Source of the DNA: Phoronis australis
Taxonomy: Eukaryota; Animalia; Phoronida
NCBI GenBank assembly: GCA_002633005.1
Contig: NMRA01000010.1
Location: 1,109,252 to 1,173,251 of the forward strand
Direction of reading: 5' to 3'
Length of the DNA stretch: 64,000 nt
A program made the translations under genes and the position numbers. Under the pieces are notes generated by a model. That model was not told the origin of the DNA, did not search any database, and saw only the letters and a list, made by a program, of their open reading frames with translations. Below are positions 50,688 to 64,000 of the stretch, piece after piece (the stretch's first letter is position 1; each line of letters begins with the position of its first letter).

Positions 50688-53600
50688 CGTTATTGCTAGG
50701 TACCAAGCACCAATTTCCATGGCAGAGGTCCTGTTTTGGGCGCGTCAGTCTGATTTAGAGGACCGGCGGTCATGTTGCTTCTCACCCCTGATACAAGCAC
50801 TACCTAAATGGTTAAGCACTATGCTCTGTGTTATTGCAGCAACATCATGCTCAAAAGAGGCCACATCACAAGTGGAGCCACAGCTGATTGTGATCAGAAC
50901 AGCCATTAATGCAGTAAACCTCAAATAAATTAAAGTGGGCCTCAGTCAAGATGACCTTATGCTGGTTCATTTGGCATTATAGCATGTTTGTTTTATATAG
51001 TCAGTTTTAATGGGACAGCATGGCATATTTAACTGGGGCAAATCTAAGATAAGAAGTGAAGCGCTTGTTTACCAAAGTTCAGTTTGAACCTGTGGAATTC
51101 TGTTTAATAACTGATATTTCCATCATAAACAAATTTATAGATTCAGAGACGGGGTCAAAGAATGTGCAACAGGATGTACCTAAAGGACAAGCATCTTAAT
51201 TTCAAAACACTGCATCCTCCTCAAAGTGTGAGATTTTTACATGAAAAACAATTATTGAAAAAATATTTTGTAAAACGTAAATATTACAAAACAAAAGGAC
51301 ACATAGAAAAACAATGTAAAAATGATATAGGTCATGAAACAACAAGATTTCCTTTTCTCACATTTAATTAACATTTCATTTCACATTACTTATGCTAAGT
51401 AATTTTTGTTTAATCCATAATCAGAATCTAGACCAAGACTCATACTTCATGCTTTAAAATGATTAGGTCAGTAAATTTTAGCACCAAATAGATTATGAAA
51501 ACCATCGATTTTTAGATAGAAATAATAACTAAATGTAGAAGCTTGACTTGTCTAACAAGTTAAAAATCTGGTGAATATATCAAATTTCCAACACTTAATA
51601 GATTTGACCTGTTCTATGCACATACAATACCATCCACACAATACGTATCCAGAGTACGGGGCATAACTGTAATCAACATAACATAATGAAGGCACATGCA
51701 AACAAGTCAGATGATAAATTCTTGTGAGTTCAACAAAGTGAATTACAATTTACAACCCTGATGGAAGAGAAGAGGCTTGGCTGAAGTTGGAGGAATCAGC
51801 TTTCAAACCATTTCAGAATTCTTGAAATAAACTTTGACCTTTTGTTTTTGCGTTTAACCATGCAATGTATTCCTATTTCATTTGACTCCCTACTTGGTAG
51901 TTCATTTGGATTGTGGAAGGAAATGGAAGTAAACCCCCAAAAGACTTTGATGAAAGTGGTGAACCTTGACCCTTAGTAAAATAAGGGAAAACATGAAGAT
52001 GGCAATAACAGTGATGCTGGCCACATACAATCCTTCAAGGCGCACAACAGACACTCCTGGACTAGGTGCAGCATTTTACTATGCATTAATTGATCTCATT
52101 CATGATAGGAAACCCTCCTCTCATATAAGTACATGGCACTGGCATGAACTGTGCATCACACTTCTTTATAATTACAGTATCACAGTTCCTACCAAATATT
52201 ATACATGAATACAAAATCAATTTGAAGGCCATCTCATAGATGACATAAAGATCTTGGATATAAAATGCTCCACCTTACAAGTACATCGTTTCTCAACACT
52301 TTTACAATCCAATCACGGTAGTACAAAGTTTTAACAAACTGCTATGGTGGCTAAAAAGATGAAAAACACCTTCAATCACTAAGCAATTAGAGTCAGTCAT
52401 ATGTCAAAGAAAGCATTGTGAATTATGCATATAATGAAAATCAACTCTCCAGGCATTTATAAGGGCTAATAATGTCAATGTGCCTAGTGCTTTGTTTCAA
52501 TCACATTTATAACCATAGCAACACAAACAAAATTTGAAATTACTTGATATGGGTTGTAATTTATGACCACGACGTACAACAACATGTGTTAGGACAGTCA
52601 AGTGCAGTTGACTTTCACATGATTCAGTGATTTAAATTGAATTAGGCTGTTCAGTAACCAAGAACTAACAAATGTAAGTGTTGAGAACGACACTTGGAGA
52701 AACAAATGAAAAATGCTTGCGATGGTTACGATGACGATTATGAGTGTGATGATGATGCATTGCTGAAAATGAATGAAAAATATTGATGACGATGACCAAT
52801 AGTAAATCAACAAAAGGACAGCGAGGAACCAGTCAATAACAGAGCAGTCAAAAAGTCTTGAATAACTCAAAAATGGTAAATCATGTCAAGAAACGGATGA
52901 AACTGTTGACGAGGTCTATTCACTCAGAAAAAAATTCAGAATGATTCGTCAAAAGATGCCAGAGATATGGCACAAAAAGTCAATCAATAAAAGAGTAGAT
53001 GTCAGGAATCAAGGACTCATCCAGCCTCGTCGCTTAGCCTCAAGATGGCGCTGATCGGTTTACGTAGCCATTTGAGGATAGGTGAGGAGATACCTTCTGC
53101 GCGCTGATTGGCCGAAGGCGATGTTCACCGTTTCCAGAAACTAAACAAGATCCAAATGTGGATTTTAATTATTTTCACAGGCATTGTTACTGCCATTTAT
53201 GATTCAGAAGAAAAAGACATTCCTTTGGTTATTGTTTGAAATGAAAGGTCTTTTGTTTAACTGATGGTACCTTAGAAAGCTCAAACACCATTTAGATCAG
53301 TTCACTAAATTATACACAAAGCCAATATCGGAGTCAGAAACGAGGCCACCATCATCCACGTAGTACTCAGAAATGATTATCTTTGAACTTCAAAATTGAC
53401 ACTAGATGTATTGGCTCACATGATCCCTGCTTTGGTTATAGGACAATGGTGATAACAATTATTATCTGTGTCAAGTGACAACCCAATGTATGTTGTAACC
53501 TTGTTGATTATGAAATTATGACAGTACGCAAGTTGCTCCATTGCATTTGATGAGGCACCTCTTGAATGGTTTTAAGGCTATGGAGGACCTTAGAAAAATG

Positions 53601-55761
53601 ACCACATTTGGCTAAATTAGGAACATCTTTTCTCAGAAGTGACTGATCAGATAGAAATGAAGCTTTCAGACTTATGCACTGTTCTCGCAAAGGATAAGTT
53701 AGAAAACCTTTACAACATTTTTGAGATTTCATCGCATACATATCAAAACAAAATTTGATCATGATGCCATTGCTTTGCATCACATCGAAATTTTTTTTAT
53801 AAAATTCATCATTCAAGTGAAATAAAATTGAGAATGCCATTTATTCCATACGCGTTGAATAAGTTGAGTGCAATACTGCCATGAGGTGTTGTTTTCTCTA
53901 ATGCACTTCTGGGACTACTTGAACAGTGACCTATGACATTGAACTTGGTTAGCCAGTTCGATAATCAAAATTTCCCATAATTCTTTAAAGTAATAAAGTT
54001 GTAGAGGTATAAATTACACTCAACATGCAATCAGGATGCAAACGTAACATAAGGTGCAAAAATGTTAATTATATAACACTTCTGTCTTAGATTTATTTGC
54101 TACAACTTGCAACTAATGCGCGAAATTCCTCGGTAACTACAACGTTAATATTGTTGTTATTTAATTATTTTCAGGAAATGTTACAAGTTCAATGCACAAT
54201 CATCATTGCTTTCATTTTTGTTGTCTCTTCTCAAGTAATATGTCGTCCCATTAATACTGTTTTCTTTAATTAGAGTGTAAACTTGTAACATTACATGCAA
54301 GTACATACAGCATTACATGTTATGATCTGCCACATGAACAGTCTGGGTGAAAATAAAAGCAACTAAGACTTCAAAGTGTATGGTATCAATACAAAACGTA
54401 CCTCGAGTGGCATACATAAAATAACATCTCACTCGACCTTATTCCCGGTGTCGAACTCGTGAGATATTTCATCTACACCATTCTCCGTACGCTTTGTGTA
54501 TTTATTCTCATACGGAAACCCAGCAATCAAAGAAAAATGATTAAAAACAACAAAAGATTTAAGGAATAAGATTGCAGAGCAAAATTTTAGGGGAAATGAG
54601 ACGCGGAGTACATAAATGTGTATGTCCAAAAATGTCTTGATAAACGTTTGCCTTGACCCTTCTACCACAGCTAAGCTCAAATCAACAATGTGATGAGGAC
54701 ATTGACAGTCTAAGCCTAAGCATTTGAAATGATTTGTCAGTCAGTTTAGAAGCCAGCCTACAAATTACACTCTGACATCATATAGGGAATGTCACAGACA
54801 AGTGACAACCATGTCACAATTTTTAGTTGTTGTTCTGTGTTCAAACTATATAAATGTTTGTAGTCCAACCTCTCTGCAGTAAACCAATAAAGTAACACGG
54901 GCATGCTTGGGTCAGCCATGACATTCACGGTAGATCTATTCAGAACTTGTCATTCCTCATTTTCGCCAGAAATCAATCAAGTTATGTGATGCATAGTCAT
55001 CTTCAGGCTCTAAAAATTGTTCGGGGATTTGTTACCGAACTTTTAGTTGCTCCTTGGAAACCAGATTGAAAGACATTATATCATGAGTGAAAACAATGAA
55101 GACCAGTGACACAGCCAGCAGCCAGCCCAGAAATGTCAGTGTGTACAGGATATACCGGTATCATGTAGTATGCTCACATTGCCTGTAGCACATCAAAGTT
55201 AGCCTTGTAAAGGTTATTGGAGGATTTTACTATTGTAAACTCTATGTGTAAGCAGCACAGGGGATAGTAGTACTTACATCTACATGGTGTGTAGGAAGTT
55301 TATAATGCATGACTGATGATAAAAAGATAATAATACTACCACAAATTCACTGTATCAATATAGAATTGTCTAGTGCACAAATAAAATTTCCCCATTTACT
55401 AGACTATTGAAATTCTGTCTTCCCTATTTCCAATATGATATTATACAGATTAGAAAATAGTAAATAAATGGGACCAACCAATGTGTACACAAACTGGGCT
55501 CTTTGTTATTGTAGTATTTCTATACCAACCAGTGTGACTTCATGAAAACTAACCACACGAAAAGAATACCTACATTTCTCTCTGCTAATCATATACAGTT
55601 TGTACCTCATATTGTCTACTATAACTGTGAACATTTCAACCGAGAAAAGACAAATATTGTGCCAGTTTGGTGGATATTAATTCTTTTTTTAATTTATTCA
55701 TTTTTACTGTACTTTATTGTAAAACACAGAACTGGAAATAATAGCAAAAAAAAAAACTTTC

Positions 55762-56326
55762 AACCAGCATAGTTCGGCAATCCTTGAAATGACGTCAGCC
55801 TGTCATTATAAATTGAAACTAAAACCATAGGTTTCTTTATCTAGATAATGCTACAGAAAGTTTCACAGTGAGAAGCGAGTAGACAATTTTGAAATTAAAA
55901 AAAACATACACATCAGTCCAAGATACAGAAATGTGTGTTTAAATGTCGAACTTTGAAATTTTAATGAACAGGTAATTGGAAAAGGCAAAACGTAAAACGA
56001 GAGCGCTCGGAGGAGCGACACTTGGCGGAACTAATCGAAAAGACGACGATGAGGGAGACGACGACAATCAAGACGATCACGGCGGCAATTATGAATTANA
56101 ACCAGCATAGTTCGGCAATCCTTGAAATGACGTCAGCCTGTCATTATAAATTGAAACTAAAACCATACGTTTCTTTATCTAGATAATGCTACAGAAAGTT
56201 TCACAGTGAGAAGCGAGTAGACAATTTTGAAAATAAAAAAAAAAAAAACATACACAGAAATGGTGTGTTTAAATGTCGAACTTTGAAATTTTAATGAACA
56301 GGTAATTGGAAAAGGCAAAACGTAAA
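55762..56326. repeat. ~235-bp direct duplication across an N join (assembly overlap artefact)
   Basis: 55762-55997 is repeated at 56100-56326; N at 56099, preceded by ~100 bp of compositionally odd sequence. Confidence 0.8.
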
Positions 56327-58719
56327 AAATACCCACTTTGAAACACTATAACTAAATCAAACATATTTTGGCATTACAAAGAAAATTAACTTAAAAACAG
56401 CTAGGGCAGTAAATTTGACACTGAGCCAAATTCAGTTAGGTGTCACTTCAAGTCACATAAAAAGACAGTTAACTACAGGGATAAAATATGGCAAATACTT
56501 GTAAAAACATAAATAGCTATAGCACAAATATCTGTTTTCTGCAGGCTGCCAGTTCATAAGTAGATTCTTTGGACAACCACCATTTATTTTAAGGGAAGGT
56601 AATGGAAGATAGTTATCCATGCTTCAGGGCAGCTATAAAACATCTGTTATGGAAATAATGACTAAAACAAAAAGAACATAAATACCAAACTTGACAGAAA
56701 GAACAAAAAGAGTCTGAACTAGAACAATCAAAAAGATATTGATCAATCTTTTATTAGTCAATCTCCTACTCAACACTGTTGTGAGAATAGTGTTCAGCAT
56801 ATATGCCTTGGTCAGTGCAACATATCACATATGACATAACAGGCCCTAACCATGTATAGTCAACTGAACATAATACTGCAAGACACCTAATGCAAACAAT
56901 ATGGCTTCAAATTCCCCATCAGAAAATGCAACAACATGGGAGTCAGAGGATACCAAAAGATTTAATGTAAACAGCAAAGAAAGATTTCCTGAGGAGAAAG
57001 AAGACATGCGAACACTTAAAATTTTCCTGATTTTAAATTTAAATATCAAATTTCCAAACTTTAGTGTGTCATGTACTTTTCATTGATATGCAGGATCTGA
57101 CATTTTGTCTGTTATTCAGTATAAGCCAACAATAACAGAGCTACTAAAACTGGTGGTCATTACACTGTTACAGGACAATAGACTGTTATTGGGACCTCCT
57201 TAAAATGACCCTTTCTACACATTAATAGGTCTTCTTCATTCAGTCTGTGATTGTGGCAATACTTCAAAAAGTATTTACCGGTAAATGTATTCAGTCAGAC
57301 ACACAGAGAATGAAATAACAAAGTTCCAAAAAATCAATAATTACAATTTATTACAACACCAATTATGGTTCAAGTCTGTTTTAAATTACCGTGACAAATA
57401 ACTCCACCCTCCTGATCATCAACAACCATTTTGATTCTCAATGATACCATTTATTGAGAGCTCTAACTTGATCAAAATATTTTATTAATTGAATGCTTAT
57501 TTATTTGTCTGGGTTATTAAAAACTACAGGTATCAGGTTTTAAGGTCATTTGTTATGGAGTGACACAGGAGATCTGAACACAGTTCATAGGAAATGTAAT
57601 TACGTTTGCTACTTTACACAGGTCAGTTGTGTGTAGCACATTGGTTTCACTCCACAATTCAAAGGACTAGTCCAACATGAATTTGTAAAGGTATGAATCC
57701 ACTCAAATACAAAATGTATAACGATACAAATGATGAACTTTAGCATTTTGCAGTTTTATAGCCAAAGGTCAACCAAATACCATTTCAACATTATTTTCAG
57801 TGGAACATAAAAGAAAATCAACTACCTCAAAGATAAAGAGGTTAAGGGAAAACAATTACAGAAACACCCCTCTCCTCAAGAGTGGACTAGTCCAACCATG
57901 GCCTAAAGCTTATCAGTGTCAATGAATCTATTCATGAGAATATAAAACCTAAAAATTAGGTCTTTAAATGTTCCTATTTATATTTCATGCCTTCTTTCAA
58001 GAACACTCTTTTTATACAAGAGTTTAACCAAAGTGCAAACAGTTTCACAGAATTTTGCCAGAAGTTTAAGAATAACTAATAATTTGCATTCTTTGTAAAT
58101 ACATCAATCTTGCTGACAGGGTCGCACCCAACACCACCTTGGTTTTACCATGTACATAGAAATTTGCTATCAACCACGACTGCAGTTGTAAGACCTAGTT
58201 CTGACCAACTGACCATCTAATACATATTTCATTTTGCCTTCCAAAACAAAAATCCACGTTACCCATATTTAGTGATGGAAAATAATGAATGCCAACTGAA
58301 GAGCTTACAGCAAACACTTTCCACAAGTATCGGAAGTTTGTTATGATGACAAGAAAAAAATCAGTTCAACTTCATGAGTGAGTCAATACAGCACAAAGGT
58401 GTCAGTAGTCTGTGAGAGGTAAAACTCAAAATGAAATTAATCAATACAATTTTAATAGGATTATTGTGAACAATTTTACATATATTGATCTGTAAAAATA
58501 AGAGCAAATTGCAAATAAGATGGCTTTACATGAAACCTATATTGTTACCAGAAGAAGATGTTTAGTAAGCCCATAAAGAGAGTACACTGTGCTAAATAAA
58601 CACTTAAAATAAACATCCCCCATGTTAGGCTAAAAGATAAACAAGGTCCAAGAATGTGAGCCAAGGGGTGTTAGGGTTAGAAAATACTACTTTATTGCAA
58701 AAATGAAACAAAATATTAC

Positions 58720-58974
58720 CTTCCCATGATATTGCTGCCGTCCTCCTGGGATACAGTCAGGAAGGAAGTAAATCTTCAGACTTGCTAAGTCGAAATCGTA
58801 GTTTTTGTCACTCCATAGTAACTGTAACTCCCCTATGCAGACGGGGCTATTTTTAGATATTTTTAAGAAGAAAAATTCGCCCAAACTAAAATGATATTTT
58901 TTTCCACGGTGGTAATATTTGAACATTTTGTAGAAAGTATAAGGCCCGTGCTGTCCACAAGGCGGCTCCATCAG
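58720..58974 (-). CDS. ARID5B: ARID5-like exon 2 (BAH domain)
   Basis: LMEPPCGQHGPYTFYKMF...SLGEFFF...VCIGELQLLW...YFLPDCIPGGRQQYHGK; matches the ARID5B N-terminus (PCGLHGPYIFYKAF, ELQLLW, YFLPEDTPxGR); 255 nt. Confidence 0.96.
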
Positions 58975-59164
58975 CTGAAACGAAATAATATTAAATTTTC
59001 TATCACGCATGCCAATAAAATAAGCTGGATCTGTCGAGCCATTGAATTGAGGTCATGTACTTCTGCGTCTGTAAATCAAATAAATAAAAATCTAGACGCA
59101 GTATTTAAGAAGTAATGCAAGCTGGCTACTCTTAAATATGTTTGAAATATTTTAGTGAACTTAC

Positions 59165-59191
59165 CTGAATTTTGGAGTCATCCGGTTCCAT
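59165..59191 (-). CDS. ARID5B: ARID5-like exon 1 (start codon)
   Basis: ataATGG context; MEPDDSKIQ|gtaagt, comparable to vertebrate MEPNSLQ. Confidence 0.88.
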
Positions 59192-59240
59192 TATTTTTGC
59201 AAATATTTAGCGACCGGACGATGTGTAATCTTTCCAATAC

Positions 59241-59275
59241 TTTATATATTTGGTCCTAATTATGTGACGTCACAT
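59241..59275 (-). promoter_or_regulatory. ARID5 core promoter: palindromic CRE plus TATA box
   Basis: ATGTGACGTCACAT (59262-59275, full TGACGTCA) and TATATAAA on the minus strand (59248-59241), about 50 nt upstream of the ATG. Confidence 0.6.
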
Positions 59276-59817
59276 TTCTGAAGCCAGGGGTCACCTATTA
59301 GCATAATAATGTTCAGCGTTTCTATATGAAGTGGTATATTATATTTTTAAGTGGCTTTAAAACCCATTTTTACTAATTTTGAATGTAAACTAAGACACAA
59401 AGAGTTTTTGAAGGCAAAAGTATGTGACCTCTTTACGATACCCAAGATGCAACGGGACAACATGGATGTCAGGTGAGCCAAATTTCTCTTCCGCTTTGTC
59501 AGGCTTCATTTTCGTTACAGTTTTGTGCACTACTGTTCTCAGTTTACCAACACATTTTGCTGACAAAGGGTTAATGGGACTCATAAATGTTGACAAAGGT
59601 TTTCTTTGGTGACATGTGACTGCCAGGGAAGTGTTATCCTTGTACCTTGGTCTGCATAAGCCAAGCTACAGGCGTCCTCAGCTTCTGCTCGTCCCCAATA
59701 CCCTACAAGGTATGGCACTCCGGACTAGAAATTCCACGGGTGCTTCACTTCAGCCGTCCATAGCAAACACAAGACTCTATAAATTTCCATAAAACAGGGG
59801 TTCAACAAACCATGAGG

Positions 59818-61279
59818 TAGGGAGGACAATCAAAAAGTAGGTCACGGTGCTCCATATCTGCCTCCGTGTAAAACCCTCGTCGGTAAATTAGACTTCAAAG
59901 TTAACTATAAGACAATTTTGTGTTATAAATCGTTACCTTAGTCTTTATTTGTAAGTTTTTAATCTTCATGTCTCAAATTATCGCTGATAAATCATTTTCT
60001 GTAAGCTTTTTTTTAGCGCACGATTTTCCGCCATGCGATCAACTTTCGAAAAATTACCTCTTGTTTCTCCTATCCAAAAGAGCACTATACTCTCAAATAC
60101 AAACATGAGATTTGGACAGGATGTAGTTTAGATGCGTGCGCATCTCCTCAAGTTGTTTTCTCGAAGTGAAGGCCAAGTTTTCGATCGTCCGGAAGGCCTA
60201 ATTTTGGTCGGTCGGGAGATTGATGTTTTTCCACTTGCGCAATATGCCCCCTCGATTTTTAGATGAGGAATTTATCACTCTTTTAATTGGTAATTATTTC
60301 ATTTTCAGAAATTCTGTCAAACTGCTGCGCATTGGCACTTTTCAAACAGCAGTCGTTAGTTCACGAAGTCGCCGCATGTCAGCGCCACCAGCGGCTACGT
60401 TGAAGTTCAATGTCATCGCAACTTCACAGTTCGCAATAAAGTTGTTACAAAGTTTTTGTTGCGTAAATGATGAAATCCTTCATGTTAATAGTGTTTTGTT
60501 TTCCCAAATGGTCTTTTGTCTACTTTCTGATGTTTTTTGCCATGATACGATCTAATAGTACATGGGTGGCACCCAGCACTGAAAAAAGTGGGGAGCTAAA
60601 GCTAGCCTCTTCCCCAGCCCCCTGTCACGGTCAGGCAATGATGTGTTGCCCATGTATTAGCATTCAGGGGCAGATCTAGGATTTTTAGATAGGAGGGGGG
60701 TGGGGGCAGGGCAGAGTATTACGCAGGATTTTACCCTTAAGATATTTGCACCCTCAACCTGCCAAATGAAATCTGGGAGTTTTAGGGGGGCCACGGGCTG
60801 GCCCCCTTGCCCCCCCAAGTCCACCAATGTGATCTTGTGATTTGATTTGAAATTTCCGCCTAGCTGAGATTTATTTATTTCTGAGCTGATGTGGTGTCTT
60901 TGCTCTTTACCTTTAAGCTATGTAATCCATTGTTTTCATCAAACATGATGAGCCTGTTCTCAGTGCTAACAACACACTTAAACAGCAATATCTCTGTAGA
61001 AATCGATCCAAATTTTATATAATACACACCACCATATTTGTCTCAATGAGACAAATCTTTTTATATACAGCACATGTATATTCTTTTATTTTTTACGAAA
61101 TTATGTAAAAAGGCAGATATTTTACACATAATCGTCGCGTTTCAACAGCCATTTTCTCGTTTACCGCTCATCCAATTTTTCTGATTTTTGCAGCATTTCA
61201 TTTCTAACACCAAGGGCTTTTCAAAAATGTATGATATATGGGTATTGTAAAAAAATTTAAAAAAACGTTGTCCTCCCTA
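59818..61279. mobile_element. Non-autonomous TIR element with TAGGG termini and a 7-bp TSD (hATw-like)
   Basis: TIR TAGGGAGGACAA / TTGTCCTCCCTA; CATGAGG duplicated at 59811-59817 and 61280-61286. Confidence 0.85.
60665..60829. mobile_element. Small hAT-like MITE nested in the 59818-61279 element
   Basis: CAGGGGCAGATCTAGGATTTT..GGGGG start and CCCCCC..TCCACCAATG end; TSD not clear. Confidence 0.45.
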
Positions 61280-61952
61280 CATGAGGAATTGTTCTTTCTG
61301 TCAATACCATTTGCAGTGTCCTGCTCCACTGAGGTCGCAACAAATTTGCGGTCAATATGCTTCACGCAGACAAGATCAAGTAGGGTACGGAATAATCCGA
61401 TGAGTTATGAATCGACGGCAATTGCTGGTTCACCACACAAAATTAAGAAATGGAGTTATTCATGTCGTGACCTTCTGTGACAAACCGGCAATTTCCATGT
61501 AGCATATTGCTGGTGTGCAGCAACTTTTTGGGAAGATTTTTGTGCTTTGACCACAAATTTCTTGCGAACTCGGTGGAGCTGGACACTGTAAATGGTATTG
61601 GGAAAAAGAACAATTCCTCATGGTTTGTTGAACCCTTTTTTGAAAATTTATAGAGTTTTGTGTTTGCTATGGACGGCTGAAGTGAAGCACCCGTGGAATT
61701 TCTACTCCGGAGTGTCAAAACTTGTAGGATATTTTATAGTGTATTGGAGACGATCAGAAGCTTGGGACGACTGTGGGACAAGCAGGTTTTCAAATACCCT
61801 CAGCAGAGTCTGACACAGCGCCACCTATACTGAAAAGTGGCCCTATGGAAACATAATGAACTACACATGGAATTCGGTATGTGGGCATCAATGCACCTGC
61901 CTAGATTGGAAGTATATCGATCAAACTGCCACCACTTGCAATGCGTTTATGC

Positions 61953-62010
61953 TAGGGAAGACAACGTTTTTTAAATTATTTTTACAATGCCCTTGTCATG
62001 TGTCATATCG
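61953..62010. mobile_element. End of a second copy of the TAGGG-terminus family (inverted orientation)
   Basis: TAGGGAAGACAACGTTTTTTAAATTATTTTTACAAT matches the reverse complement of 61244-61279. Confidence 0.6.
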
Positions 62011-62493
62011 TAGAGATACCTATCATCGTCAGACTCCAATGGTCGTCCGCCATCTTCTTTTGCGTGCAGCCACGCGGATCTTAGCGTTCCAATCTGGAGT
62101 GCTCGTCTGCGCGTTAGGTACTAACCTCTCGGGAGAAACACGCATCGAAGAACTGAGACGGAAATCGGTGCATTTACCGACTGTTTTTTTGAAACCACTT
62201 TAAAACTTGTAAATTTTACTAATGCACTTTTTTTGTTCATTTTCAGATGATATTTTTGAAATAAATTTTCTTCAGACGGAACAAAAAACAACCCAGGAAT
62301 TGTTTATGCAATGTATCTTTTTGTCCCAGGCACTAACCGACACCTGTTAGGCCAAGAGAAAAATGCAGCACACAAATGCAACACGATGAGTGCTTAACAG
62401 TTTCGGACCACGCATAGGTCATCAAAATATTGTCGAAATTGTTGCAAAACACAGTATTGAGCTCATTAACATTTCTTTGAAATTTTTGGTTCA

Positions 62494-63059
62494 GGGCTGT
62501 TCCAGTAAAATCTGTATGGGAGGGGGGGAAGGCACCTTTTTTCGCTCCCACCACCCATATTTTTCATTTATTTCTTCAGCCTACCACCCGTAATTTTTTA
62601 TAAGTTTGAAATGCACCCACCCGTAGTTTTTTTTTTGTTCTTGTGGTTGACTGCACAGGCGCTTGAGTTCATGTGTTCCTCCATCACCACTAACGTCATT
62701 CATTACTAAGAAAACATATGTTTCTTATATATGGTGATTAGCCATCGAGAAATTCGAGCACCTGTGGTTAAATGGTGTTATGGGCATGCCAATGAGGAGA
62801 TCGGAGGGAGTGAAAAAGTCAGAGCTTTTTGCAAGTTGCATTTTTGTTTCAGTTTTTGATTCTGTGCGGATTGTTTATAAAATTTACTAACATTACCCAC
62901 CATCAAACATTTATGGCCCAATGAAACAACAACGACCTGTAAATTTTTATTTTTTTTGAAGTACGACCACCAGCCATTTTGAATTTAAATCAAACGCAAC
63001 CACTCATAAATTTTTATTTCAGTTGCCTCCCCCCCACACAGATTTTGCTGGAACAGCCC
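62494..63059. mobile_element. PIF/Harbinger-like MITE, TCA TSD
   Basis: TCA|GGGCTGTTCCAGTAAAATCTGTATGGG ... CCCACACAGATTTTGCTGGAACAGCCC|TCA. Confidence 0.85.
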
Positions 63060-63297
63060 TCAGGCATTTTGGATTTATTTGAAGAAAATTAAAATACTTG
63101 CATTGATAGAGAGTGGCCACCAATAAAGTAAAACATTGACTTTATTTCACTATATTGCATTGTAACATACAACACAGCATGACATAATTAAAAATAAAAT
63201 AAGAGTTAAGAGGTTGAGCAATAACATGCAAATGCAACTTGGGTATTTATTTATTTATGATTGAAGAAGCCTGTTAAAGATGAGAAAAAAAATCAGA

Positions 63298-63495
63298 TAC
63301 CGTAATCGTTCGGGTTAACGCCCATGCTCAGTTAACCGCCCACCCCCTACTTTAGGTGAATTTCGATTTAACCGCCCACTGCTCGGTTAACCGCCCCCCT
63401 GCTATTTTTGAAGATTTCCAATTAACCGCCCACTGCTCGGTTAACCGCCCATCCCCTACTTTTGCCGATTGGTGATTACCGCCCTGTGCTAATAG
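63298..63495. mobile_element. Left end of a Tc1/mariner-like element with subterminal TTAACCGCCC repeats
   Basis: TACCGTAATCGTTCGGGTTAACGCCC, related to the 50525 MITE end, followed by five TTAACCGCCC motifs. The right end is not seen in the window. Confidence 0.65.
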
Positions 63496-64000
63496 GAAAC
63501 GCGAATCCCCGACCTTTTAGATTAAGATCGATGATAACATTGAGTGCAACGACGGCCTCAGAGACCGCGGTTTAGCAATGTGAATTATGATACCAGTAAC
63601 AAATTATTGTAACGGGTCATCGATTAACTTCAAAATGTAATACTTGAACACTTTGTCACTTTCTTTTCTTCTCATGTTCGCAAACTTTAGGAACCGCGCT
63701 GGCGTCTACACCTCCACTTTCAGCCACAATCTCTGCCGCACTGAGTTATCGACTACAGTGCACTATATAAAAGATGCATTCGAAATAACCAGGTCAGAGA
63801 AATGTGACATTGCTTTTGCCAACCCTCTGAATGCGCTTTAGGTTGTAAGCTCTCGGGATTTTGAAGAATTCCCATAAACCGCGAAAAGTTGATAAATTCT
63901 TTATATTTTGGTGAGTGTAATTGCCGGGTTATCGAGATCCCCGTCTTTCGAGTACTCTCGTCACAGTGCATGGCAACTGAATAGTTGAACCCGATTTCGT

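Larger units (their letters stand above)
59667..61776. mobile_element. Foldback element with long inverted arms, split by a nested insertion
   Basis: 59667-59817 joined to 61287-61360 is the reverse complement of ~61545-61776. The outer termini are not resolved. Confidence 0.75.

Noticed and set aside
55998-56098. GA/GAC-rich stretch that looks coding or foreign
   Set aside because: It sits immediately before an N join and a duplicated overlap; most likely low-quality read-end sequence.
58975-59068. Alternative upstream acceptor for ARID5 exon 2 and the ORF start MRDRKF
   Set aside because: That acceptor gives an in-frame stop; the MEPDDSKIQ exon spliced to 58974 fits the family N-terminus.

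Overview
AT-rich, intron-containing invertebrate (animal) genomic DNA. The scattered single-N joins and an N gap suggest a draft assembly of a heterozygous individual. Three spliced protein-coding genes were reconstructed by hand. (1) The first two coding exons of a minus-strand type II membrane GT7 (beta-1,4-Gal/GalNAc-transferase family) gene that runs off the left edge. (2) A plus-strand R3HCC1/R3HCC1L-family gene (R3H domain, EJC-binding-like motif, long acidic exon, RRM-like domain and coiled coil; about 875 aa) that appears to start at a CUG codon in strong Kozak context. Its 5' part occurs twice (6223-11122 and 11124-18339), joined by a single N, most likely two haplotypes assembled in tandem. 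(3) A minus-strand ARID5B-like gene (BAH, AT-hook, ARID, PxDLS; about 759 aa) with a CRE-TATA promoter and a candidate internal first exon that would give a BAH-less isoform. Introns and intergenic DNA hold many non-autonomous DNA transposons: a presence/absence 2.2-kb element with a 5-bp TSD, a nested element with a 7-bp TSD, and Harbinger-like and Tc1/mariner-like MITEs. There are also a Penelope-like GIY-YIG remnant, tRNA-derived elements and minisatellites. No wholly new biological system is evident. The most notable signals are the non-AUG start, the candidate ARID5 short isoform, the degenerate GT7 donor-binding motif and the unusual-TSD hAT-like elements. All homology statements come from motif recognition; no searches were run.
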